A DNA stretch of 64,000 nt from Hyphomicrobiales bacterium (GCA_002401155.1 NVSG01000001.1:905052-969051); one strand, 5' to 3'; shown: positions 1 to 9,637, numbered from the stretch's first letter. Program-made: numbers and translations. Notes: a model not told the origin generated them from the letters alone.

Positions 1-1146
1 TTTGGCAGCAACCTGATCGATATCATCCACTGTGCCAAAACCAATCGTCCGGGTGTTCAAAACATTAGAGACGAACTGCTTGCAGTTTTGGCCGGACTTT
101 CCTTGATAGGAAGAAATTTGATCCACGCCGAAATTCTCATAGGTGAAACCATAACCAGCCATCTGGCAATAATCATTGACCAACCCGGCAATCATTTGAA
201 TGAGGATGGTTTTACCGGTTCCCGGCGCACCATCGCCAATGAAAGTGAACAGAAACCCGCCCAACTCAACAAACGGATTGAGCTGACGATCAAAGTCATA
301 AGCCATCAACATCTTGGCCAGTTTCATCGACTGATATTTGGCGATGTGGTTGCCAATAATCTCATTGGGTTTTTTGAAACTCATTACCAATGGTTTTGAT
401 TTAGCGCCCGGCGCCACGTCAAAACCGTTGATTTCAAAGCCATCGCTTTCAAGGCGCAAATGAATATCTTCAAATGTCCCAAGCCCGCTGAAACGGGATT
501 TGCGCGTCAGCAAATCTTCCAGCGCCTCATCTACAAATGCCCGCACATGGGTTTGCAGGCCCGAATCCCCACTCGATGTGGTAACCGCAACTTCCAGCCC
601 GGCAACAAATGCTTTCAACGCATCTTGCGGCGTGTTAAAATTATATTCCGGAGCTTCAATATCGTTGGCAGCTTCCCCCGCCCCTTCCACCGACTGGTGC
701 AGATAGGCCGCCGCCGTGAAGGCTGAGACATAGGCGCTAGCTTCAAGCAAAACACGATAGCGATCAGCATCCGCCCCTTGCAACGCCGAAGACGCATTGC
801 GGCTTCGAAGCGCATCAAGGCCGGTATTCTTTGCAAATAAATCCGACACCGCCAATGCCACAGCCAAGGCACGGCGCGTCTTGAACAAGATATTATGCTG
901 CGCAGGCGATAACATCGTATCCCCCGGCGTCAGTGCCAACAGGGTTTTAGCAAGCTCCACCTCACGCGAAGTGCGCGAACCGGCGGTTGAAACGGTCGAG
1001 ATAAACCTGCGGCGTGTACCGGCAATTTCTGTCTTGCTCTTGCCGCTCGCTGCCTCCAGCACAATCATTTTTGTGACAAGGCTTTGCGCCATCGAAATAT
1101 GTTTTTCGACGTCTTTTTCATCCAGAGTAGTAAGTCCGATATCCAT
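1..1146 (-). CDS. AAA+ ATPase, 5' part only (382 codons; C-terminus lies beyond the window edge)
   Basis: My minus-strand translation from ATG 1146 (MDIGLTTLDEKDVEKHISMAQ...) stays open to nt 1. A Walker A loop FIGDGAPGTGKTILIQ is encoded around nt 200-245. AGGA lies about 10 nt upstream of the ATG. It is missing from the ORF track because no stop codon lies in the window. Confidence 0.75.
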   Translation of the reverse strand, partial: MDIGLTTLDEKDVEKHISMAQSLVTKMIVLEAASGKSKTEIAGTRRRFISTVSTAGSRTSREVELAKTLLALTPGDTMLSPAQHNILFKTRRALAVALAVSDLFAKNTGLDALRSRNASSALQGADADRYRVLLEASAYVSAFTAAAYLHQSVEGAGEAANDIEAPEYNFNTPQDALKAFVAGLEVAVTTSSGDSGLQTHVRAFVDEALEDLLTRKSRFSGLGTFEDIHLRLESDGFEINGFDVAPGAKSKPLVMSFKKPNEIIGNHIAKYQSMKLAKMLMAYDFDRQLNPFVELGGFLFTFIGDGAPGTGKTILIQMIAGLVNDYCQMAGYGFTYENFGVDQISSYQGKSGQNCKQFVSNVLNTRTIGFGTVDDIDQVAAK

Positions 1147-1183
1147 TAATTTCGTCCTGTTCTTTCAGCCCGATAGGCAGCCC

Positions 1184-2329
1184 CTACATATTTCTAAGCA
1201 CCTGATTTCCAGAAATAATGTGCTTTTGATAACCGTCGAAAATCTCATCTTCTTCGCCAGCGGCATAAATCGCCTGATAAGCTTCGTGCGGCACCAAAGC
1301 GTGGCGTTGAAACGCACTCACCCCCTGCCGCGCGCAATCAAGATCATCTGTATTGATAAAGAATTCTTCGCGCGCTGGGTCGCTGTGCCAAAGCCCCCAC
1401 TTTGCGGGTTTTTCATTGTAGGAATAGAGTTCCTGCAGCGTCCATGTGAGCATCCATGCATTTTCCGGCTTCTTCACTTTTTGCAGGATTTGATCCACCT
1501 TGTGCCCGTGTTCGGTGATCCCCGCATGATAAAACGGCCCCAACACAAAACGCCGCAATTGCTTTGGATGAAGGTGCTCGAAATCGTGATCCAGATTGGT
1601 AGCAATCGTCGAAAGCGTCAGGCCGTAAGATGAATTTTTCTCGCAAAAATCATCAAACTGCCGTGCAAGTTTTGGATTCAGCAGGCCTTCAACCGGCAGC
1701 GGAATATCAACCTTCTGATTAAGCTTCTTTTCCTTCGTAACCAGCGTCTCAACCATATCATCAGAGGAATCTTCAATCGTTGCCATATAGACCATCGGCA
1801 AATTGGCCGAACCGTCATAAGCACCCCAATGAACCACATAATAAGGCCTGCCGGTTTTCGGGTTTACAGATACCCGCACGGTCTTCGGCAAATTTAGCGG
1901 CGAAAAATGCGCCCCATCCATCAAGGTTTCCAGATAGCGTCGTTCTGACATGGTCTTTTGCAGCGCTGCCGGAAACGCTTTCTTCTTCAAAATATATTCG
2001 ACCATCTCTTCGCGAATACGCGCATCATCGGGGAGCGATGCCAAACGCTTTTCGGCACCACGCCGGTCATTTTCGAGTTCAAGTACATTTTGAAAAACCG
2101 GGAACCCGCTTTCCGAACGAGAAATCCGGAAATGGTCAGTGAAGGAAATCCGGTTTTCCCAGCTTTCCAGCGACTCGTCCATGCGCTTGAGATAACCAGC
2201 AACAACAGCCCCGATCACATCATGCTTATAAAGCGGTGAATCATCCTCGCGCAAATACATATCCAACCCGGCAAGGGCCTTCACCAAAGCATCAAAATAT
2301 TGCGTAACTGCCGCGTTTTTTGTCACCAT
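1184..2329 (-). CDS. hypothetical protein, 381 aa, no motif recognised; middle gene of a three-gene operon
   Basis: Long ORF with a 21-nt gap to the upstream gene and a 37-nt gap to the downstream AAA+ gene, all on the same strand. The plus-strand ORFs over it look like shadows. Confidence 0.7.
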   Translation of the reverse strand: MVTKNAAVTQYFDALVKALAGLDMYLREDDSPLYKHDVIGAVVAGYLKRMDESLESWENRISFTDHFRISRSESGFPVFQNVLELENDRRGAEKRLASLPDDARIREEMVEYILKKKAFPAALQKTMSERRYLETLMDGAHFSPLNLPKTVRVSVNPKTGRPYYVVHWGAYDGSANLPMVYMATIEDSSDDMVETLVTKEKKLNQKVDIPLPVEGLLNPKLARQFDDFCEKNSSYGLTLSTIATNLDHDFEHLHPKQLRRFVLGPFYHAGITEHGHKVDQILQKVKKPENAWMLTWTLQELYSYNEKPAKWGLWHSDPAREEFFINTDDLDCARQGVSAFQRHALVPHEAYQAIYAAGEEDEIFDGYQKHIISGNQVLRNM

Positions 2330-2350
2330 CGAGGCACCCTGCGCGCCGCT

Positions 2351-3436
2351 TTATGTCCGCACATAATTGCCGGAATCGTGCTTCTTCATCACCTCTTCAA
2401 AGCGCCGTGCAAAAGCCTCATCAGCCAATTGCTTGCGCCGTTGAATATCCTTGGTAGAGACCATATTCTTCTCGTGCATTTCCAACAGGTCACCAATATG
2501 AGACTGCGCTGCAGCACCAATACCGGCCATGGTTGTTTCAGCTGCCGTATCAACTTGATTACCCAACGTATTGATTTTATGGGCAACATCTTGTTGCGCT
2601 GCTGTTTTTAAACTGTCTTCCAGAGCCTTGTAGAGAACAACACGCTGCTCCGTATCAATGGTCAGTTTATTGATCAACGTTTGTTGTGCCGCAAGCTGGT
2701 TGTTGAGACTGTCGACAAAGGTCTGGAACATCGAGGTGTAACGTTCCAGCGTCTGGCTTTCTGCCAAGAGTTCCTGCTCCTTGGCCTGCTGCTGATTATA
2801 TTCAGTCGCAAGCTCGGAGCGCGTAGATTCCAAATCGGTTCTGGTCTTTTTATCAGTTGAAGCCGATATCTGGTTTTCTACATCCAGCAACATCGGATTT
2901 AATTCTTCAATGCGCCCCTGAACCGTTTCAAGCTCGACCATAGTGTTTTGATTACGTTCAATAACCTCACGCAAACTGCTTTCGGACGCAGCATAGCGCG
3001 TATCCAACGTATCTTTTTGCGCGGTCAAAATGCCGACAATGCTATTGGATTTAGATAGCAATTCCTGCAAATTTCCCGCCAGAGACATATTACGCACCCG
3101 GTCAGAACGCATACGCTTCATTTTTTGCTTGGAGAAAATTCCAACAAATTTTTCCCAGCCCGAATAGCTTTTCATGCTTTCAAACTCGGCACCAAAAACA
3201 TTGGTTGCATCTTCAAGCCCAATAATCAGATCGGCAATATTGCCTTCCATCACCGATTGCTGTTTCAAAACATCTTGAATGCGGGCGTTTTCAATATCGA
3301 AATCTGCGTCCCCAATCGTATCCGATTTGGCGAACTCATCCAGCACCTTGCCGCTATGTTCTAACTTGGAACGCATATCTTCGACGACTGCGCGGGTTTT
3401 CTCAATTTCTGAATCTAAATTCTGCAATGTTGCCAC
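2351..3436 (-). CDS. coiled-coil protein, 361 aa (possibly TelA/YaaN-like, unverified)
   Basis: The whole length is heptad-like helical sequence rich in Q/E/L/K/T. There is no TM segment and no signal peptide. It is the first gene of the same-strand trio. Confidence 0.7.
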   Translation of the reverse strand: MATLQNLDSEIEKTRAVVEDMRSKLEHSGKVLDEFAKSDTIGDADFDIENARIQDVLKQQSVMEGNIADLIIGLEDATNVFGAEFESMKSYSGWEKFVGIFSKQKMKRMRSDRVRNMSLAGNLQELLSKSNSIVGILTAQKDTLDTRYAASESSLREVIERNQNTMVELETVQGRIEELNPMLLDVENQISASTDKKTRTDLESTRSELATEYNQQQAKEQELLAESQTLERYTSMFQTFVDSLNNQLAAQQTLINKLTIDTEQRVVLYKALEDSLKTAAQQDVAHKINTLGNQVDTAAETTMAGIGAAAQSHIGDLLEMHEKNMVSTKDIQRRKQLADEAFARRFEEVMKKHDSGNYVRT

Positions 3437-3550
3437 GAATAAAATCTCCCGTTTCGCCCCGAGTAAATCAATCAGTCCAGCTTAACATAGGCGTTCTCAC
3501 CTCGTTTTTGAAGCGCAAAGGCTTATTTTTACTGTTTGTTCGCTGTTCGT

Positions 3551-4135
3551 TTAAGAATTTCCCAAGTCTCTTTTACTCCAGTGTTTGCGGCAAAGCGATA
3601 CATAGGATTCATTGCCGCCAACAAATATCTGCTCCCCTTCTTCCAAAGGTTTGCCATCCCCATCAAGTCGCACCACCATGGTCGCCTTGCTACCGCACCA
3701 GCATATGGTGCGAACCTCGCGAATTTCATCGGCAATCGCCAATAAACCTGCACTGCCCGGAAAGGTTTTTCCCTGAAAATCAGTACGCAATCCATAGCAC
3801 ATGATTGGAATGCCCAACTCATCCACTACCTTGGCCAATTGCCAGATTTGTTCACCGCTCATCCACTGGGCTTCATCAATGAAAATACAGGCAATCTTTT
3901 TGCCCTCGGTGCGCGCCCGGATAAATTCATAGATATCATCATCATTGGTGAAAATATCGGCACTCTGGTTGAGACCGATACGCGATGTAATCTCGCCCTG
4001 ACGTGATCTGTTTTCAATCGCAGAAATCAGCAAAAGGGTTTCCATACCCCGTTCCTGATAATTGTATGAAGCCTGAAGCAGCAATGTGGATTTACCGGCA
4101 TTCATCGCCGAATAGCTGAAATATAATTTTGCCAA
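3551..4135 (-). CDS. tdk: thymidine kinase
   Basis: Colinear, from memory, with E. coli Tdk: (M)AKLYFSYSAMNAGKSTLLLQASYNYQERGM, CYGLRTDFQGK, ICWCGSKATMVVRLD, GGNESYVSLCRKH. I place the start at TTG 4135; the ORF-track start is 4177. Confidence 0.9.
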   Translation of the reverse strand: MAKLYFSYSAMNAGKSTLLLQASYNYQERGMETLLLISAIENRSRQGEITSRIGLNQSADIFTNDDDIYEFIRARTEGKKIACIFIDEAQWMSGEQIWQLAKVVDELGIPIMCYGLRTDFQGKTFPGSAGLLAIADEIREVRTICWCGSKATMVVRLDGDGKPLEEGEQIFVGGNESYVSLCRKHWSKRDLGNS

Positions 4136-4255
4136 AATGATCTCCGTTTCAAAACCATTTTGCAAAAGGCCCAACACCTATGGCAAGGGCTTTTGAATTT
4201 CTCCACAATGTAATTGATAAAAATGGAAGGCTTCAGACTCAAAGTCCAGCAAAGT

Positions 4256-4339
4256 TAATGGGGCCGCGAACCCACACGCGGCCCCATTAGCCGTCACCGA
4301 AGTGACGGTGTCGATAATCCCCCAACAAAGGAATATCGA
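4256..4339. other. three tandem hairpins in the GGDEF-EAL/tdk intergenic region
   Basis: 4256..4289 is TAATGGGGCCGCG-8nt-CGCGGCCCCATTA, a 13-bp perfect stem. 4291..4308 is CCGTCAC-CGAA-GTGACGG. 4311..4339 is TCGATAATCC-9nt-GGAATATCGA with one mismatch. None has a T-tract. Confidence 0.5.
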
Positions 4340-4606
4340 CAAAAAACATTAGCTTATCTGTCCAAAGATTCTGAACAATTAGCTTCCCCAATTAAGGGAT
4401 ATCTTTGTGATTGGGTGAACGGTGTGCACAAAAAAATCTATAAAACTGCTTCGACCCTGCATTGCCCGTTTCAGCTGACCACATCCAAGAATCCCCCAAT
4501 AAGTCCTCGACAGTACTAATGAGTGATTCTAGTTAACTAATGGTTAACAGAAAAACGCTGGATTATAAATAGTTGTCATGAGAACCTTCTTATTCTCTGA
4601 AAGTGC

Positions 4607-6328
4607 TTAGCTGGTGGCCTGCTGAGCAGATCCCAGTGTAGAGTCTCCCATATATTCTCGAATATAGGCAAGGGTGCGGCGCTCATTTTGTGGCCTGCCA
4701 AATAAATACCCCTGCCCTGCATGGCACCCGATTCGTTTAAGAAGCTCCGCTTGCGGCAATGTTTCAATCCCCTCTGCCACGACGGTCAATTCAAGGCCCA
4801 CACATAATTCCAGAACAGCGCGCACAATATGTTCGGCAGCTTTATCTTCACCAATCGGCTTAATAAATGCACGGTCAATTTTCACCTTATCGAGGTTTAG
4901 TTCCCGCAGACGCCCAAGGCTCGATTGGCCGGTACCAAAATCATCCATCGAAATGCGCACACCAGCCTTACTCAAATCAGCAAGCACCATGGCGGCAGTT
5001 TCAGGATCACTCATCATTGCAGTTTCGGTGACCTCTATTTCAAGGCGCTTGGGATCCAGCCCAATACTTTTAATAATGGAGAGCATCGTACGTGCAGTGT
5101 TTGGGTCTACCAATTGCACACTGGATAAATTAAATGACAGAAACAACTCCGCAGGCCATAGTACAGCAGCGCCCGCCGCCTGCCTCAGCAGGCTTTCCGT
5201 CAATGGCGCAATCATCCCGCGCTTTTCGGCAAGAGGAATGAATTTTACCGGAGAAACAGGCCCTAATTCTGGATCATTCCAGCGCGCCAACGCCTCAAAA
5301 CCAAGAAGAGACCCGTCCTGAAGCGAAATGATCGGCTGAAAATGCGGCAACACTTCCGTATTATCGATGGCCCGGCGCAACGCCTGTTCGAGCCTCGCAT
5401 TGTCCAGGTTTTCCTGTTCATGCTCTCTTGAATAAACAGTAACACGCCCTTGCCCAGCACGTTTTGAATGAGCCAGTGCACTGGTAAGGTTGTCGTTTAC
5501 CGTCTCGAATTGCACTCCCACCTGCGGAACAATACCGACCCCGATGGAACCTGAAAGCCTCACCGCACGACCATCAAGGTCATAAGGGGCCTGCAAAACC
5601 TCGAGCAGGAGATTTGCTTTCGCTTCAATTTCATCTTCACTCGTGATGTCGGGAAAAATGAACGCAAACTTATCCCCGTCCAACCGGGTCACGAGCCCAC
5701 CCTCTTCAACGCCATTGGAGAGGCGCATGGCGCATTGCTTTAGAATTGCGTCTCCACCAGCACGGCCAAACATGTCATTAATCAGCTTCATGCCATCAAG
5801 ATCCAGCAGCCCAATAGCAAAACAGGCGCTGTCGCCGGGATAACCATTCCCGTCTTCCGAAGCTGAGTTTATCATTTTCTCAAATTTATCAACAATACGA
5901 TCCCGATTTCCCAATCCCGTTAAAGGATCCGTAAATCTAAGCTGGATTACCCCCTCGTCTTCATCGACAATTTCAATTGGTGCGTGGGGGTACTGTGCTT
6001 GGGCGCGCGGCGCATGCTGCGGCGGGGCAGGAGGCGGCGGCGGAATAGAGGCGGATGCATCAGGATGAGCGTAAAATTCGGTAGGAGATTCTAGAGGAGG
6101 CTCGGGCATTTCTCCTCTTTCAAACTCAGCCTCACTATTTTTCTTTTGCATCCAGAACAAACCGATGGCACAGGCCGCCATGCTCCCGACCCCAATCAGG
6201 GTCATGGTTCTAAATCCTGCTTCGCTGATTTGCCAAAAAGCCCCCGGAAAAAGCACCAAAGAGGACAAGGCTAACGCTACAAACAAGATTACAATAATCG
6301 CCAGCCGCTCAACGCTCACAGACTTCAC
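4607..6328 (-). CDS. membrane GGDEF-EAL protein (degenerate GGDEF, intact EAL; probable c-di-GMP phosphodiesterase)
   Basis: Two N-terminal TM helices and a Pro-rich linker (IPPPPPAPP). The GGDEF-type domain has RLDGDKFAF in place of the GGDEF site. EAL motifs are present: EALARW, EVTE, DDFGTGQSSL, KIDRAF, AEGIET, GQGYLFGRP. Confidence 0.9.
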   Translation of the reverse strand: MKSVSVERLAIIVILFVALALSSLVLFPGAFWQISEAGFRTMTLIGVGSMAACAIGLFWMQKKNSEAEFERGEMPEPPLESPTEFYAHPDASASIPPPPPAPPQHAPRAQAQYPHAPIEIVDEDEGVIQLRFTDPLTGLGNRDRIVDKFEKMINSASEDGNGYPGDSACFAIGLLDLDGMKLINDMFGRAGGDAILKQCAMRLSNGVEEGGLVTRLDGDKFAFIFPDITSEDEIEAKANLLLEVLQAPYDLDGRAVRLSGSIGVGIVPQVGVQFETVNDNLTSALAHSKRAGQGRVTVYSREHEQENLDNARLEQALRRAIDNTEVLPHFQPIISLQDGSLLGFEALARWNDPELGPVSPVKFIPLAEKRGMIAPLTESLLRQAAGAAVLWPAELFLSFNLSSVQLVDPNTARTMLSIIKSIGLDPKRLEIEVTETAMMSDPETAAMVLADLSKAGVRISMDDFGTGQSSLGRLRELNLDKVKIDRAFIKPIGEDKAAEHIVRAVLELCVGLELTVVAEGIETLPQAELLKRIGCHAGQGYLFGRPQNERRTLAYIREYMGDSTLGSAQQATS

Positions 6329-6575
6329 ACCCGAGGTTCCTTATTTCATTGAGTGTTTGCGAATCGCACTCGGGCAATTCCTCAAGAAAATGTTTTGCAA
6401 ACCGTAGAACAATGAACCCTGTAAGCAAACAGTATTCTCCAATCACCACCAGACAGAAGGGGAAAACCAAATAATTGTGCTTATTCAGGGGGCTAGTTGC
6501 TAGTTTCAACTGTTAGATTGATGAAATGAGCCAGCCATAAAACAGACCCAAAACAGCAAGTCGCAGGTCTCTTTT

Positions 6576-7313
6576 TTACCCGATCGTCCCCAAAGCAGGA
6601 AACCATTCAAGCAGCAGATAAGACAGAGTGCTCATTTTGCCCGTGATAAACAGGATGCCGGTTAGCACCAGCATGCCGCCCATTACTTTTTCAACCTTGC
6701 CCAAATGCTTTGAGAAACGTCGCATCATGCCCATGAACGGGGCGACAAAAAACGACGCCAATATGAAGGGAATTCCAATTCCCAATGCATAGACAAATAA
6801 CAGCAGCGCCCCGCGCGAAGCGGACTCTTCCGCCCCGGCCGCAAATAATACCGCAGCCAATACTGGTCCAACGCACGGCGTCCAGCCAAATGCAAACGCA
6901 AGCCCCACCACATAGGCACCCAGCAAGCCTGCCGGCTTACGCTCCACATGCACCCGCGCCTCGCGGTAGAGCAACGCAATTTTGAATACCCCAAGAAAAT
7001 GCAGCCCGAGAATAATAATGATCGCACCGGCAATCATGCTGAGCGTATCGAGATGCTTCACTACAAAGCCCCCGAGAAAAGACGCGCTCGCCCCCAAGGC
7101 GACAAAAACCGTGGCAAACCCAAGAACAAACGCAATCGAAGCGGCCACCACTTTTTTATAAGCCGCGGAATTTTCATTGCTTTTGGAAAGTTCCTCCATC
7201 GACATCCCTGCTAGAAAACAGAGATATGGCGGCACGATGGGCAGCACACAAGGAGATATGAATGAAACCAGCCCTGCCAAAAATACGGCGATATATGTTA
7301 CGTCCAATCCCAT
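6576..7313 (-). CDS. ccdA: cytochrome c biogenesis / thiol:disulfide transfer membrane protein CcdA (DsbD family)
   Basis: 245 aa and multi-TM. Has ISPCVLPIVPPYL and a second Cys motif GWTPCVGPVL. Confidence 0.85.
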   Translation of the reverse strand: MGLDVTYIAVFLAGLVSFISPCVLPIVPPYLCFLAGMSMEELSKSNENSAAYKKVVAASIAFVLGFATVFVALGASASFLGGFVVKHLDTLSMIAGAIIIILGLHFLGVFKIALLYREARVHVERKPAGLLGAYVVGLAFAFGWTPCVGPVLAAVLFAAGAEESASRGALLLFVYALGIGIPFILASFFVAPFMGMMRRFSKHLGKVEKVMGGMLVLTGILFITGKMSTLSYLLLEWFPALGTIG

Positions 7314-7418
7314 GAAAATACTCGATCCCTATTTTGTGATTTTATATATTCGTAAATTGCTATATGTTTGGCAAGTCAATTCGCTTTGATTGCCTGTTGA
7401 TGATGCACATGTTAACAT

Positions 7419-7853
7419 ATGAATTCACAAAAGCCGGAAAATCAGACCATGATCCATACAATCAAAAGCTATTTTTCCGGAACAATTCTACTGGCAATGC
7501 TGACATTATCAACTTTCATCGGCCTTCCAACCAGCCAAAGTGAAGCCGCCGAACTCATCATGCTCGAACAGCAATATTGCGCATGGTGCGAACGTTGGAA
7601 AAAGGAAATCGGGCCAATTTACCCCAAAACAGCAGAATCAAAAATTGCCCCTCTGCGCATGATTGATATTCATGAACCCTTGCCTAACGATTTAAAAGAA
7701 CTTTCAAAGGGGCGCTTCACGCCGACTTTTGTATTGATGCATGAGGGCAAGGAAATCGGACGCATGCGCGGCTATACCAGCGAAGATTTCTTCTGGGGTC
7801 TGCTCGGCGAAATGCTGAAAAAGCTCCCTACCGAAGCCCGAACACAAAGTTAA
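7419..7853 (+). CDS. periplasmic thioredoxin-fold protein (CxxC; SoxS/SoxW-like)
   Basis: An N-terminal hydrophobic anchor or signal is followed by a CAWC redox motif. The gene is divergent from ccdA. The start could be the internal ATG at 7449. Confidence 0.7.
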   Translation: MNSQKPENQTMIHTIKSYFSGTILLAMLTLSTFIGLPTSQSEAAELIMLEQQYCAWCERWKKEIGPIYPKTAESKIAPLRMIDIHEPLPNDLKELSKGRFTPTFVLMHEGKEIGRMRGYTSEDFFWGLLGEMLKKLPTEARTQS

Positions 7854-7968
7854 GTTCAAAGCTGAACATCGCGACATATTCGACTTTGCACCACAAACAA
7901 ATTGCATTAGCTCTGCCTCGACAATATCAAGTACTCGCGTAATTTTATCTAAATTTTGGAGCCCACAC

Positions 7969-8382
7969 ATGGCAAAACATCTGATACAATTGACACTAGC
8001 AGCAGTTATCGCATTCGCGGCCTCTCCGGCATTTGCCGAGGGAGACCTTAAAAAGGGCGAAAAGATTTTTAAAAAATGTCGCGCCTGTCACGAAGTTGGC
8101 GACGCCGCCAAGATTAAACTGGGCCCTGTGCTCAACAATGTTTTCGGCGCAACCCCCGGCACCAATGCAGACTATGCCGACAAATATTCCAAAGCCATGA
8201 AGAAAAAAGGCGAAGAAGGCATCCTCTGGAATGCAGAAACTTTGAATGAATTCCTCAAAAAGCCAAAGAAATACGTCAAGAAAACCAAAATGGCATTTGC
8301 TGGAATCAAAAAGGAAAAACAGCGCGAAGACCTGCTTGCTTATTTGATCCAGTACAGCCCGGATTATACACCAGCCGAATGA
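7969..8382 (+). CDS. class I c-type cytochrome (c2/c550-like)
   Basis: The signal peptide ends AFAEGD. Haem site is CRACHEV. The distal Met lies in KTKMAFAGIKK. Confidence 0.85.
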   Translation: MAKHLIQLTLAAVIAFAASPAFAEGDLKKGEKIFKKCRACHEVGDAAKIKLGPVLNNVFGATPGTNADYADKYSKAMKKKGEEGILWNAETLNEFLKKPKKYVKKTKMAFAGIKKEKQREDLLAYLIQYSPDYTPAE

Positions 8383-8406
8383 CCTTGAAGCACAACTCGC
8401 TTTAAA

Positions 8407-9522
8407 CTATTCAGCAGCCTGTGTTGCCATGGGCGATGCTTGTGTCAGGGGTTTCCTGTTCGCGACGCGCATGGCAATAACAGCACCAGCAACGATTGCC
8501 GCAAAAGCAATCAACGAGGTCAGGGATAAAGTACCGATACCGCTTACCCCCTGACCAACCGAACAACCAAGCGCCGTCACACCGCCAAAGCCCATCATCA
8601 ATCCACCCAGCCCATAACGAAGCGGCGCCGCCTCGCTGGTAAAGCCGCGCAGTTTGAAACGGCCGCCAATGATGGAACTAACAAATGCGCCGAGTAAAAT
8701 GCCGCCGATTAAAGCAATCGGAAAACGAACTTCGTCCCCCGTGTAAATCATCAAAAATTGCAGGCTCTCCGCCAAAGGCGAAATCATGCTGAGTGATGTC
8801 AGCGTGGTCGGCTCAAAATCATCAGCCCCAACAATCCCCGTTGCCATCCATCCAAGAATGACCAGTCCACCAACAGCAACACCGCTGAGAATGCCCCGCA
8901 CCGAACCGGATTTTCGAACCAGCAATGCCAGAGCACAAATCAAAGCGACAGCCGCCGCGATGGCCCAAAGGTGACTGCTTCCCTCGATAAGAACGCCAGC
9001 CCCCTCTTCGCTTGCCATCACATTTTCAAGCAGGATGCGCGGATAAGACAATATCCCCCGCAAGGTAGCGTAAGCAGCAATGGCTGCAATGATCATGGTA
9101 AGCAGTGAGCGGATATTGCCGCTAAAGCCAAGCACCAGCATCCGGCTGACACAGCCCCCCGCCAGCACCATGCCAATACCGAAAGTAATGCCACCAACAA
9201 CCAGAGCAACAGGCCTGATCGGCGCACTCCAATAAAGCGATTGCGTCAAATCAATCACGCCGGAAAACTGCATCAACTGCACGCCAACAATACTGGCCAA
9301 AATAGCGCTGAGATACTGCACCGAACGCAAATTACCCGTTTTGGACTTGTCGGAATTCCATTCACTCACGGCAGCGCGTAGGCAAAACTGGCTGGCTTCC
9401 GCGATTGCCCCGAAGGCAATGCCAATGGCAAACGCTGAGAATGCCACCAAAATTCTGGTATCATAACTTTCGCGCAAAATTTCCAGATATGAATTGACCG
9501 CATCCATGACAAAAATCCTCAA
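8407..9522 (-). CDS. YeeE/YedE family sulfur-compound transporter
   Basis: Polytopic membrane protein with two internal repeats, each carrying a Cys loop (LAGGCVSRML and ALGCSVGQGVSG). The start may be ATG 9507. Confidence 0.8.
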   Translation of the reverse strand: MRIFVMDAVNSYLEILRESYDTRILVAFSAFAIGIAFGAIAEASQFCLRAAVSEWNSDKSKTGNLRSVQYLSAILASIVGVQLMQFSGVIDLTQSLYWSAPIRPVALVVGGITFGIGMVLAGGCVSRMLVLGFSGNIRSLLTMIIAAIAAYATLRGILSYPRILLENVMASEEGAGVLIEGSSHLWAIAAAVALICALALLVRKSGSVRGILSGVAVGGLVILGWMATGIVGADDFEPTTLTSLSMISPLAESLQFLMIYTGDEVRFPIALIGGILLGAFVSSIIGGRFKLRGFTSEAAPLRYGLGGLMMGFGGVTALGCSVGQGVSGIGTLSLTSLIAFAAIVAGAVIAMRVANRKPLTQASPMATQAAE

Positions 9523-9637
9523 ACAATATTCAACTGCTTAATAATAGGAAATCTTGCATGTAATTAATTGGGATGAACATTTAATCATTCAGAACACTGC
9601 GCAACAAATCACCCGAACAGGATGGAATGATAGAATT

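Noticed and set aside
797-1633. 278-aa plus-strand ORF, and similar long antisense ORFs at 16634..17215, 21028..21819, 41541..42074, 44234..44962 and 48449..49162.
   Set aside because: Each lies entirely opposite a gene with clear family motifs. Their translations are low-complexity and rich in R/S/P/H, with no motifs, so they are classic shadow ORFs.
6309-6509. 66-aa ORF overlapping the 5' end of the GGDEF-EAL gene.
   Set aside because: It overlaps the start of a well-supported gene by 20 nt, has no RBS that I can see and no motif. It is probably a chance ORF in an AT-rich leader.
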